In this document: one piece after another, positions 12,301 to 26,100 of the stretch
Layout of the letters: each line of letters opens with the position of its first letter
Numbering within the stretch: the first letter of the stretch is position 1
NCBI GenBank assembly: GCA_964016885.1
Contig: OZ024740.1
Span: 19,964,001-20,028,000 of the forward strand
Length of the DNA: 64,000 nt
Source of the DNA: Eledone cirrhosa
Lineage: Eukaryota
Direction of reading: 5' to 3'
Position numbers and translations under genes: made by a program
Notes under the pieces: generated by a model
What the model was told of the DNA's origin: nothing
The model's database searches: none
What the model saw: only the letters and a program-made list of their open reading frames with translations

Positions 12301-15300
12301 TGCAGTGTCCTCTCGACAGCTGACAACTGATGCAGTGTCTCAAGAGCTAACAACTGATGCAGTGTCCCGACAGCTAACAACTGATGCAGTGTCTCGACAG
12401 CTAACAACTGATGCAGTGTCCTCTCGACAGCTAACAACTGCTGCAGTGTCCCGACAGCTAACAACTGATACAGTGTCTCGACAGCTAACAACTGATGCAG
12501 TGTCCTCTCGACAGCTAACAACTGATGCAGTGTCCCAACAGCTAACAACTGATGCAGTGTCCTCTCGAAAGCTAAAAACTGATGCAGTGTCCTCTCGACA
12601 GCTAACAACTGATGCAGTGTCTCGAAATCTAACAACTGATGCAGTGTCCCGACAGCTAACAACTGATGCAGTGTCCTCTCGACAGCTAACAACTGATGCA
12701 GTGTCCTTACAGCTGACAACTGATGCAGTGTCCCGACAGCTAACAACTGATGCACTGTCTCGACAGCTAACAACTGATGCAGTGACCCGACAGCTAACAA
12801 CTGATGCAGTGATTCGACATCTAACCACTGATGCAGTGTCCTCTCGACAGCTAACAACTGATGCAGTGTCCTCCCGACAGCTAACAACTGATGCAGTGTC
12901 CTCTCGACAGCTAACAACTGATGCAGTGTCCTCTCGACAGCTAACAACTGATGATGTGTCTCGACAGCTAACAACTGATGCAGTGTCCTCTCGACAGCTA
13001 ACAACTGATGCAGTGTCCTCCCGACAGATAACAACTGATGCAGTGTCCTCTCGACAGCTAACAAATGATGCAGTGTTCCGACAGCTAACAACTGATGCAG
13101 TGTCCCCTCGACAGCTAACAACTGATGCAGTGTCCCAACAGCTAACAACTGATACAGTGTCTCGACAGCTAACAACTGATGCAGTTTCCCGAAAGCTAAC
13201 AACTGATGCAGTGTCTCAAGAAGCTAACAACTGATGCAGTGTCCCGAAAGCTAACAACTGATGAAGTGTCTAGACAGCTAACAACTGATGCAGTGTCCCA
13301 ACAGCTAACAACTGATGCAGTGTCCTCTCGACAGCAAACAACTGATGCAGTGTCCCGACAGCTAACAACTGATGCAGTGTCCCGACAGCTAACAACTGAT
13401 GCAGTGTCCTCTCGACTGCTAACAACTGATGCAGTGTCCTCTCGACAGCTAACAACTGATGCAGTGTCTCAAGAGCTAACAACTGATGCAGTGTCCCGAC
13501 AGCTAACAACTGATGCAGTGTCAACTCGACAGCTAACAACTGATGCAGTCTCCTCTCGACAGCTAACAACTGATGCAGTGTCCTCTCGACAGCTAACAAC
13601 CTATGCAGTGTCCCGACAGCTAACAACTGCTGCAGTGTCCCGACAGCTAACAACTGATGCAGTGTCCTCTCGACAGCTAACAACTGATGCAGTGTCCTAA
13701 CAGCTAACAACTGATGCAGTGTCCTCTCGAAAGCTAAAAACTGATGCAGTGTCCTCTCGACAGCTAACAACTGATGCAGTGTCTCGAAATCTAACAACTG
13801 ATGCAGTGTCCCGACAGCTAACAACTGATGCAGTGTCCTCTCGACAGCTAACAACTGATGCAGTGTCCTGACAGCTGACAACTGATGCAGTGTCCCGACA
13901 GCTAACAACTGATGCAGTGTCTCGACAGCTAACAACTGATGCAGTGACCCGACAGCTAACAACTGATGCAGTGATTCGACATCTAACCACTGATGCAGTG
14001 TCCTCTCGACAGCTAACAACTGATGCAGTGTCCTCCCGACAGCTAACAACTAATGCAGTGTCCTCTCGAAAGCTAAAAACTGATGCAGTGTCCTCTCGAC
14101 AGCTAACAACTGATGCAGTGTCTCGAAATCTAACGACTGATGCAGTGTCCCGACAGCTAACAACTGATGCAGTGTCCTCTCGACAGCTAACAACTGATGC
14201 AGTGTCCTGACAGCTGACAACTGATGCAGTGTCCCGACAGCTAACAACTGATGCAGTGTCTCGACAGCTAACAACTGATGCAGTGACCCGACAGCTAACA
14301 ACTGATGCAGTGATTCGACATCTAACCACTGATGCAGTGTCCTCTCGACAGCTAACAACTGATGCAGTGTACTCCCGACAGCTAACAACTGATGCAGTGT
14401 CCTCTCGACAGCTAACAACTGATGCAGTGTCCTCTCGACAGCTAACAACTGATGCTGTGCTCAGACAGCTAACAACTGATGCAGTGTCCCGACAGCTAAC
14501 AACTGATTCAGTGTCTCGACAGCTAACAACTGATGCAGTGCTCAGACAGCTAACAACTGATGCAGTGCTCAGACAGCTAACAACTGATGCAGTGTCTCGA
14601 CAGCTAACAATTGATGCAGTGTCCTCTCGACAGCTAACATATGATGCAGTGTCCTCTCGACAGCTAACAACTGATGCAGTGTCCTCTCGACAGCTAACAA
14701 CTGATGCAGTGTCCTCTCGACAGCTAACAACTGATGATGTGTCTCGACAGCTAACAACTGATGCAGTGTCCTCTCGACAGCTAACAACTGATGCAGTGTC
14801 CTCTCGACAGCTAACATCTGATGCAGTGTCTCGACATCTAACAACTGATGCAGTGTCTCGACAGCTAACAACTGATGCAGTGTCTCGACAGCTAAACAAC
14901 TGATGCAGTGTCTCGACAGCTAACAACTGATGCAGTGTCCTTCCGACAGCTAAAAACTAATGCAGTGTCCTCTCGTCAGCTAACAACTGATGCAGTGATT
15001 TGACATCTAACAACTGATGCAGTGTCCTCTCGACAGCTAACAACCTGATGCAGTGTCCTCTCGACAGCTAACAACTGATGCAGTGTCTCGACAGCTAACA
15101 ACTGATGCAGTGTCTCGACAGCTAACAACTGATGCAGTGTCCTCTCGACAGCTAACAACTGATGCAGTGTCCTCTCGACAGCTAACAACTGATGCAGTGT
15201 CTCAAGAGCTAACAACTGATGCAGTGTCCCGACAGCTAACAACTGATGCAGTGTCAACTCGACAGCTAACAACTGATGCAGTGTCCTCTCGACAGCTAAC

Positions 15301-16639
15301 AACTGATGCAGTGCCTCGACAGCTAACAACTGATGTAGTGTCCTCTCGACAGCTAACAACCTATGCAGTGTCTCGACAGGTAACAAGTGATGCAGTGCCT
15401 CGACAGCTAACAACTGCTGCAGTGTTCCGACAGCTAACAACTGATGCAGTGTCTAGACAGCTAACAACTGATGCAGTGTCCTCTCGACAGCTAACAACTG
15501 ATGCAGTGTCCCAACAGCTAACAACTGATGCAGTGTCCTCTCGAAAGCTAAAAACTGATGCAGTGTCCTCTCGACAGCTAACAACTGATGCAGTGTCTCG
15601 AAATCTAACCACTGATGCAGTGTCCCGACAGCTAACAACTGATGCAGTGTCTCGACAGCTAACAACTGATGCAGTGTCCCGAAAGCTAACAACTGATGCA
15701 GTGTCTCGAGAAGCTAACAACTGATGCAGTGTCCCGAAAGCTAACAACTGATGAAGTGTCTAGACAGCTAACAACTGATGCAGTGTCCCAACAGCTAACA
15801 ACTGATGCAGTGTCCTCTCGACAGCAAACAACTGATGCAGTGTCCCGACAGCTAACAACTGATGCAGTGTCCCGACAGCTAACAACTGATGCAGTGTCCT
15901 CTCGACTGCTAACAACTGATGCAGTGTCCTCTCGACAGCTGACAACTGATGCAGTGTCTCAAGAGCTAACAACTGATGCAGTGTCCCGACAGCTAACAAC
16001 TGATGCAGTGTCTCGACAGCTAACAACTGATGCAGTGTCCTCTCGACAGCTAACAACTGCTGCAGTGTCCCGACAGCTAACAACTGATACAGTGTCTCGA
16101 CAGCTAACAACTGATGCAGTGTCCTCTCGACAGCTAACAACTGATGCAGTGTCCCAACAGCTAACAACTGATGCAGTGTCCTCTCGAAAGCTAAAAACTG
16201 ATGCAGTGTCCTCTCGACAGCTAACAACTGATGCAGTGTCTCGAAATCTAACAACTGATGCAGTGTCCCGACAGCTAACAACTGATGCAGTGTCCTCTCG
16301 ACAGCTAACAACTGATGCAGTGTCCTTACAGCTGACAACTGATGCAATGTCCCGACAGCTAACAACTGATGCAGTGTCTCGACAGCTAACAACTGATGCA
16401 GTGACCCGACAGCTAACAACTGATGCAGTGATTCGACATCTAACCACTGATGCAGTGTCCTCTCGACAGCTAACAACTGATGCAGTGTCCTCCCGACAGC
16501 TAACAACTGATGCAGTGTCCTCTCGACAGCTAACAACTGATGCAGTGTCCTCTCGACAGCTAACAACTGATGATGTGTCTCGACAGCTAACAACTGATGC
16601 AGTGTCCTCTCGACAGCTAACAACTGATGCAGTGTCCTC
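9390..16639 (+). repeat. Two near-identical tandem copies of a 3619-bp HOR
   Basis: ORF pairs 9587/13206, 10271/13890, 10610/14229, 11434/15053 and 12077/15696 differ by 3619. They share the private variants 'caggtaacaagtga' and 'gattcagtg'. The match breaks at 13021/16640. Confidence 0.93.
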
Positions 16640-18109
16640 TCGACAGCTAACATCTGATGCAGTGTCTCGACAGCTAACAACTGATGCAGTGTCTCGACAG
16701 CTAACAACTGATGCAGTGTCTCAACAGCTAAACAACTGATGCAGTGTCTCGACAGCTAACAACTGATGCAGTGTCCTTCCGACAGCTAAAAACTAATGCA
16801 GTGTCCTCTCGTCAGCTAACAACTGATGCAGTGATTTGACATCTAACAACTGATGCAGTGTCCTCTCGACAGCTAACAACTGATGCAGTGTCCTCTCGAC
16901 AGCTAACAACTGATGCAGTGTCTCGACAGCTAACAACTGATGCAGTGTCTCGACAGCTAACAACTGATGCAGTGTCCTCTCGACAGCTAACAACTGATGC
17001 AGTGTCCTCTCGACAGCTAACAACTGATGCAGTGTCTCAAGAGCTAACAACTGATGCAGTGTCCCGACAGCTAACAACTGATGCAGTGTCAACTCGACAG
17101 CTAACAACTGATGCAGTGTCCTCTCGACAGCTAACAACTGATGCAGTGCCTCGACAGCTAACAACTGATGCAGTGCCTCGACAGCTAACAACTGATGTAG
17201 TGTCCTCTCGACAGCTAACAACCTATGCAGTCTCCCTACAGCTAACAACTGATGCAGTGCCTCGACAGCTAACAACTGCTGCAGTGTCCCGACAGCTAAC
17301 AACTGATGCAGTGTCTCGACAGCTAACAACTGATGCAGTGTCCTCTCGACGGCTAACAACTGATGCAGTGTCCCAACAGCTAACAACTGATGCAGTGTCC
17401 TCTCGAAAGCTAAAAACTGATGCAGTGTCCTCTCGACAGCTAACAACTGATGCAGTGTCTCGAAATCTAACCACTGATGCAGTGTCCCGACAGCTAACAA
17501 CTGATGCAGTGTCCTCTCGACAGCTAACAACTGATGCAGTGTCCTGACAGCTGACAACTGATGCAGTGTCCCGACAGCTAACAACTGATGCAGTGTCTCG
17601 ACAGCTAACAACTGATGCAGTGACCCGACAGCTAACAGCTGATGCAGTGATTCGACATCTAACCACTTATTCAGTGTCCTCTCGACAGCTAACAACTGAT
17701 GCAGTGTCCTCCCGACAGCTAACAACTGATGCAGTGTCCCGACAGCTAACAACTGATGCAGTGTCTCGACAGCTAACAACTGATGCAGTGACCCGACAGC
17801 TAACAACTGATGCAGTGATTCGACATCTAACCACTGATGCAGTGTCCTCTCGACAGCTAACAACTGATGCAGTGTCCTCCCGACAGCTAACAACTGATGC
17901 AGTGTCCTCTCGAAAGCTAAAAACTGATGAAGTGTCCTCTCGACAGCTAACAACTGATGCAGTGTCCTCTCGAAAGCTAAAAACTGATGAAGTGTCCTCT
18001 CGACAGCTAACTACTGATGCAATGTCCTCTATACAGCTAACAACTTATGCAGTGTCCTCTCGACAGCTAACAACTGATGCAGTGTCCTCTCGACAGCTAA
18101 CAACTGATG

Positions 18110-20150
18110 CAGTGTCCTTAGAGCTGACAACTGATGCAGTGTCCCGACAGCTAACAACTGATGCAGTGTCTCGACAGCTAACAACTGATGCAGTGACCCG
18201 ACAGCTAACAACTGATGCAGTGATTCGACATCTAACCACTGATGCAGTGTCCTCTCGACAGCTAACAACTGATGCAGTGTCCTCCCGACAGCTAACAACT
18301 GATGCAGTGTCCTCTCGACAGCTAACAACTGATGCAGTGTCCTCTCGACAGCTAACAACTGATGATGTGTCTCGACAGCTAACAACTGATGCAGTGTCCT
18401 CTCGACAGCTAACAACTGATGCAGTGTCCTCTCGACAGCTAACATCTGATGCAGTGTCTCGACAGCTAACAACTGATGCAGTGTCTCGACAGCTAACAAC
18501 TGATGCAGTGTCTCGACAGCTAAACAACTGATGCAGTGTCTCGAAAGCTAACAACTGATGCAGTGTCCTTCCGACAGCTAAAAACTAATGCAGTGTCCAC
18601 TCGTCAGCTAACAACTGATGCAGTGATTTGACATCTAACAACTGATGCAGTGTCCTCTCGACAGCTAACAACTGATGCAGTGTCCTCTCGACAGCTAACA
18701 ACTGATGCAGTGTCTCGACAGCTAACAACTGATGCAGTGTCTCGACAGCTAACAACTGATGCAGTGTCCTCTCGACAGCTAACAACTGATGCAGTGTCCT
18801 CTCGACAGCTAACAACTGATGCAGTGTCTCAAGAGCTAACAACTGATGCAGTGTCCCGACAGCTAACAACTGATGCAGTGTCAACTCGACAGCTAACAAC
18901 TGATGCAGTGTCCTCTCGACAGCTAACAACTGATGCAGTGCTTCGACAGCTAACAACTGATGTAGTGTCCTCTCGACAGCTAACAACCTATGCAGTGTCC
19001 CTACAGCTAACAACTGATGCAGTGCCTCGACAGCTAACAACTGCTGCAGTGTCCCGACAGCTAACAACTGATGCAGTGTCCCGACAGCTAACAACTGATG
19101 CAGTGTCCTCTCGACGGCTAACAACTGATGCAGTGTCCTTACAGCTGACAACTGATGCAGTGTCCCGACAGCTAACAACTGATGCAGTGTCTCGACAGCT
19201 AACAACTGATGCAGTGACCCGACAGCTAACAACTGATGCAGTGATTCGACATCTAACCACTGATGCAGTGTCCTCTCGACAGCTAACAACTGATGCAGTG
19301 TCCTCCCGACAGCTAACAACTGATGCAGTGTCCTCTCGACAGCTAACAACTGATGCAGTGTCCTCTCGACAGCTAACAACTGATGATGTGTCTCGACAGC
19401 TAACAACTGATGCAGTGTCCTCTCGACAGCTAACAACTGATGCAGTGTCCTCTCGACAGCTAACATCTGATGCAGTGTCTCGACAGCTAACAACTGATGC
19501 AGTGTCTCGACAGCTAACAACTGATGCAGTGTCTCGACAGCTAAACAACTGATGCAGTGTCTCGACAGCTAACAACTGATGCAGTGTCCTTCCGACAGCT
19601 AAAAACTAATGCAGTGTCCTCTCGTCAGCTAACAACTGATGCAGTGATTTGACATCTAACAACTGATGCAGTGTCCTCTCGACAGCTAACAACTGATGCA
19701 GTGTCCTCTCGACAGCTAACAACTGATGCAGTGTCTCGACAGCTAACAACTGATGCAGTGTCTCGACAGCTAACAACTGATGCAGTGTCCTCTCGACAGC
19801 TAACAACTGATGCAGTGTCCTCTCGACAGCTAACAACTGATGCAGTGTCTCAAGAGCTAACAACTGATGCAGTGTCCCGACAGCTAACAACTGATGCAGT
19901 GTCAACTCGACAGCTAACAACTGATGCAGTGTCCTCTCGACAGCTAACAACTGATGCAGTGCCTCGACAGCTAACAACTGATGTAGTGTCCTCTCGACTG
20001 CTAACAACCTATGCAGTGTCCCTACAGCTAACAACTGATGCAGTGCCTCGACAGCTAACAACTGCTGCAGTGTCCCGACAGCTAACAACTGATGCAGTGT
20101 CTCGACAGCTAACAACTGATGCAGTGTCCTCTCGACGGCTAACAACTGAT
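18110..20150 (+). repeat. Tandem duplication, offset 1021 bp
   Basis: ORF ends 18531/19552 and starts 18650/19671 differ by 1021. Shared markers are 'gtcctta.agctgaca' (18111/19132) and 'cgacggcta'. Confidence 0.82.
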
Positions 20151-23100
20151 GCAGTGTCCCAACAGCTAACAACTGATGCAGTGTCCTCTCGAAAGCTAAA
20201 AACTGATGCAGTGTCCTCTCGACAGCTAACAACTGATGCAGTGTCTCGAAATCTAACCACTGATGCAGTGTCCCGACAGCTAACAACTGATGCAGTGTCC
20301 TGACAGCTGACAACTGATGCAGTGTCCCGACAGCTAACAACTGATGCAGTGTCTCGACAGCTAACAACTGATGCAGTGACCCGACAGCTAACAGCTGATG
20401 CAGTGATTCGACATCTAACCACTGATGCAGTGTCCTCTCGACAGCTAACAACTGATGCAGTGTCCTCCCGACAGCTAACAACTGATGCAGTGTCCCGACA
20501 GCTAACAACTGATGCAGTGTCTCGACAGCTAACAACTGATGCAGTGACCCGACAGCTAACAACTGATGCAGTGATTCGACATCTAACCACTGATGCAGTG
20601 TCCTCTCGACAGCTAACAACTGATGCAGTGTCCTCCCGACAGCTAACAACTGATGCAGTGTCCTCTCGAAAGCTAAAAACTGATGAAGTGTCCTCTCGAC
20701 AGCTAACAACTGATGCAATGTCCTCTATACAGCTAACAACTTATGCAGTGTCCTCTCGACAGCTAACAACTGATGCAGTGTCCTCTCGACAGCTAACAAC
20801 TGATGCAGTGTCCCGACAGCTAACAACTGATGCAGTGTCTCGACATCTAACAAATGATGCAGTGTCCCAATAGCTAACAACTGATGCAGTGTCCTCTCGA
20901 CAGCTAACAACTGATGCAGTGTCCCGACAGCTAACAACTGATGCAGTGTCCTCTCGACAGCTAACAACTGATGCAGTGTCTTCTCGACAGCTAACAACTG
21001 ATGCAGTGTCTCGACAGCTAACAACTGATGCAGTGTCCACGCAGGTAACAACTGATGCAGTGTCCTTTCGACAGCTAACAACTGATGCAGTGTCCCGATA
21101 GCTAACAACTGATGCAGTGTCCTCTCGACAGCTAACAACTGATGCAGTGTCCTCTCGACAGCTAACAATTGATGCAGTGTCCCGACAGCTAACAACTGAT
21201 GCAGTGTCCTCTCGACAGCTAACAACTGATGCAGTGTCCCGACAGCTAACAACTGATGCAGTGTCCTCTCGAAAGCTAACAACTGATGCAGTGTCCCGAC
21301 AGCTAACAAATGATGCAGTGTCCCGACAGCTAACAACTGATGCAGTGTCTCGACAGCTAACAACTGATGCAGTGTCCTTCCGACAGCTAACAACTGATGC
21401 AGTGTCCTTTCGACAGCTAAAAACTGATACAGTGATTCGACATCTAACAACTGATGCAGTGTCCTCTCGACAGCTAACAACTGATGCAGTGATTCGACAT
21501 CTAACAACTGATACAGTGTCCTCTCGACAGCTAATAACTGATGCAGTGCTCAGACAGCTAACAACTGATGCAGTGTCCTCGCGACAGCTAACAACTGATG
21601 CAGTGTCCCGACAGCTAAAATCTGATGAGGTGTCTCGACAGCTAACAACTGATGCAGTGTCCTCTCGACAGCTAACAAAATATGCAGTTTCCTCTCGAGA
21701 GCTAACACCTGATGCAGTGTCCTTTCGACAGCTAACAACTGATGCAGTGTCCTCTCGACAGCTAACAAAATATGCAGTTTCTTATCGACAGCTAACAACT
21801 GATGCAGTGTCCTCCCGACAGATAACAACTGATGCAGTGTCCTCTCGACAGCTAACAAATGATGCAGTGTTCCGACAGCTAACAACTGATGCAGTGTCCC
21901 CTCGACAGCTAACAACTGATGCAGTGTCCCAACAGCTAACAACTGATACAGTGTCTCGACAGCTAACAACTGATGCAGTGTCCCGAAAGCTAACAACTGA
22001 TGCAGTGTCTCGAGAAGCTAACAACTGATGCAGTGTCCCGAAAGCTAACAACTGATGAAGTGTCTAGACAGCTAATAACTGATGCAGTGTCCCAACAGCT
22101 AACAACTGATGCAGTGTCCTCTCGACAGCAAACAACTGATGCAGTGTCCCGACAGCTAACAACTGATGCAGTGTCCCGACAGCTAACAACTGATGCAGTG
22201 TCTCGACAGCTAACAACTGATGCAGTGTCCTCTCGACTGCTAACAACTGATGCAGTGTCCTCTCGACAGCTAACAACTGATGCAGTGTCTCAAGAGCTAA
22301 CAACTGATGCAGTGTCCCGACAGCTAACAACTGATGCAGTGTCAACTCGACAGCTAACAACTGATGCAGTGTCCTCTCGACAGCTAACAACTGATGCAGT
22401 GCCTCGACAGCTAACAACTGATGTAGTGTGCTCTCGACAGCTAACAACCTATGCAGTGTCCCGACAGCTAACAAATGCTGCAGTGTCCCGACAGCTAACA
22501 ACTGATGCAGTGTCCTCTCGACAGCTAACAACTGATGCAGTGTCCTAACAGCTAACAACTGATGCAGTGTCCTCTCGAAAGCTAAAACTGATGCAGTGTC
22601 CTCTCGACAGCTAACAACTGATGCAGTGTCTCGAAATCTAACAACTGATGCAGTGTCCCGACAGCTAACAACTGATGCAGTGTCCTCTCGACAGCTAACA
22701 ACTGATGCAGTGTCCTGACAGCTGACAACTGATGCAGTGTCCCGACAGCTAACAACTGATGCAGTGTCTCGACAGCTAACAACTGATGCAGTGACCCGAC
22801 AGCTAACAACTGATGCGGTGATTCGACATCTAACCACTGATGCAGTGTCCTCTCGACAGCTAACAACTGATGCAGTGTCCTCCCGACAGCTAACAACTGA
22901 TGCAGTGTCCTCTCGAAAGCTAAAAACTGATGCAGTGTCCTCTCGACAGCTAACAACTGATGCAGCGTCTCGAAATCTAACAACTGATGCAGTGTCCCGA
23001 CAGCTAACAACTGATGCAGTGTCCTCTCGACAGCTAACAACTGATGCAGTGTCCTGACAGCTGACAACTGATGCAGTGTCCCGACAGCTAACAACTGATG

Positions 23101-26100
23101 CAGTGTCTCGACAGCTAACAACTGATGCAGTGACCCGACAGCTAACAACTGATGCAGTGATTCGACATCTAACCACTGATGCAGTGTCCTCTCGACAGCT
23201 AACAACTGATGCAGTGTCCTCCCGACAGCTAACAACTGATGCAGTGTCCTCTCGACAGCTAACAACTGATGCAGTGTCCTCTCGACAGCTAACAACTGAT
23301 GCTGTGCTCAGACAGCTAACAACTGATGCAGTGTCCCGACAGCTAACAACTGATGCAGTGTCTCGACAGCTAACAACTGATGCAGTGCTTAGACAGCTAA
23401 CAACTGATGCAGTGCTCAGACAGCTAACAACTGATGCAGTGTCTCGACAGCTAACAACTGATGCAGTGTCCTCTCGACAGCTAACATATGATGCAGTGTC
23501 CTCTCGACAGCTAACAACTGATGCAGTGTCCTCTCGACAGCTAACAACTGATGCAGTGTCCTCTCGACAGCTAACAACTGATGATGTGTCTCGACAGCTA
23601 ACAACTGATGCAGTGTCCTCTCGACAGCTAACAACTGATGCAGTGTCCTCTCGACAGCTAACATCTGATGCAGTGTCTCGACAGCTAACAACTGATGCAG
23701 TGTCTCGACAGCTAACAACTGATGCAGTGTCTCGACAGCTAAACAACTGATGCAGTGTCTCGACAGCTAACAACTGATGCAGTGTCCTTCCGACAGCTAA
23801 AAACTAATGCAGTGTCCTCTCGTCAGCTAACAACTGATGCAGTGTCCTCTCGACAGCTAACAACCTGATGCAGTGTCCTCTCGACAGCTAACAACTGATG
23901 CAGTGTCTCGACAGCTAACAACTGATGCAGTGTCTCGACAGCTAACAACTGATGCAGTGTCCTCTCGACAGCTAACAACTAATGCAGTGTCCTCTCGACA
24001 GCTAACAACTGATGCAGTGTCTCAAGAGCTAACAACTGATGCAGTGTCCCGACAGCTAACAACTGATGCAGTGTCAACTCGACAGCTAACAACTGATGCA
24101 GTGTCCTCTCGACAGCTAACAACTGATGCAGTGCCTCGACAGCTAGCAACTGATGTAGTGTCCTCTCGACAGCTAACAACCTATGCAGCGTCTCGACAGC
24201 TAACAACTGATGCAGTGCCTCGACAGCTAACAACTGCTGCAGTGTCCCGACAGCTAACAACTGATGCAGTGTCTAGACAGCTAACAACTGATGCAGTGTC
24301 CTCTCGACAGCTAACAACTGATGCAGTGTCCCAACAGCTAACAACTGATGCAGTGTCCTCTCGAAAGCTAAAAACTGATGCAGTGTCCTCTCGACAGCTA
24401 ACAACTGATGCAGTGTCTCGAAATCTAACCACTGATGCAGTGTCCCGACAGCTAACAACTGATGCAGTGTCTCGACAGCTAACAACTGATGCAGTGACCC
24501 GACAGCTAACAACTCATGCAATGATTCCACATCTAACCACTGATGCAGTGTCCTCTCGACAGCTACCAACTGATGCAGTGTCTCGACAGCTAACAACTGA
24601 TGCAGTGTCTCGACAGCTAACAACTGATGCAGTGTCTCGACAGCTAACAACTGATGCAGTGATTCGACATCTAACAACTGATGAAGTGTCCTCTCGACAG
24701 CTAACAACTGATGCAATGTCCTCTAAACAGCTAACAACTTATGCAGTGTCCTCTCGACAGCTAACAACTGATGCAGTGTGCTCTCGACAGCTAACAACTG
24801 ATGCAGTGTCCCGACAGCTAACAACTGATGCAGTGTCTCGACATCTAACAACTGATGCAGTGTCCCAATAGCTAACAACTGATGCAGTGTCCTCTCGACA
24901 GCTAACAACTGATGCAGTGTCCCGACAGCTGACAACTGATACAGTGTCCCGACAGCTAACAACTGATGCAGTGTCTCGACAGCTAACAACTGATGCAGTG
25001 ACCCGACAGCTAACAACTGATGCAGTGATTCGACATCTAACCACTGATGCAGTGTCCTCTCGACAGCTAACAACTGATGCAGTGTCCTCCCGACAGCTAA
25101 CAACTGATGCAGTGTCCCGACAGCTAACAACTGATGCAGTGTCTCGACAGCTAATAACTGATGCAGTGTCCTCTCGACAGCTAACAACTGATGCAGTGTC
25201 CTCTCGACAGCTAACAACTGATGCAGTGACCTCTCGACAGCTAACAACTGATGCAGTGTCCTCTCGACAGCTAACAACTGATGCAGTGTCCTCTCGACAG
25301 CTAACAACTGATGCAGTGTCTCGACAGCTAACAACTGATGCAGTGTCTCGACAGCTAACAACTGATGCAGTGTCTCGACAGCTAGCAACTGATGCAGTGA
25401 TTCGACATCTAACAACTGATACAGTGTCCACGCAGGTAACAACTGATGCAGTGTCCTCTCGACAGGTAACAACTGATGAAGTGTCCTCTCGACAGCTAAC
25501 AACTGATGCAATGTCCTCTAAACAGCTAACAACTTATGCAGTGTCCTCTCGACAGCTAACAACTGATGCAGTGTCCTCTCGACAGCTAACAACTGATGCA
25601 GTGCCTCGACAGCTAACAACTGATGTAGTGTGCTCTCGACAGCTAACAACCTATGCAGTGTCCCGACAGCTAACAAATGCTGCAGTGTCCCGACAGCTAA
25701 CAACTGATGCAGTGTCCTCTCGACAGCTAACAACTGATGCAGTGTCCTAACAGCTAACAACTGATGCAGTGTCCTCTCGAAAGCTAAAAACTGATGCAGT
25801 GTCCTCTCGACAGCTAACAACTGATGCAGTGTCTCGAAATCTAACAACTGATGCAGTGTCCCGACAGCTAACAACTGATGCAGTGTCCTCTCGACAGCTA
25901 ACAACTGATGCAGTGTCCTGACAGCTGACAACTGATGCAGTGTCCCGACAGCTAACAACTGATGCAGTGTCTCGACAGCTAACAACTGATGCAGTGACCC
26001 GACAGCTAACAACTGATGCGGTGATTCGACATCTAACCACTGATGCAGTGTCCTCTCGACAGCTAACAACTGATGCAGTGTCCTCCCGACAGCTAACAAC

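Noticed and set aside
22578-22592. Single-base deletion 'gctaaaactg' (4 A instead of 5), which creates the 569-aa hybrid minus-strand ORF
   Set aside because: It is a singleton homopolymer-length change typical of long-read error, so the resulting ORF is not meaningful.
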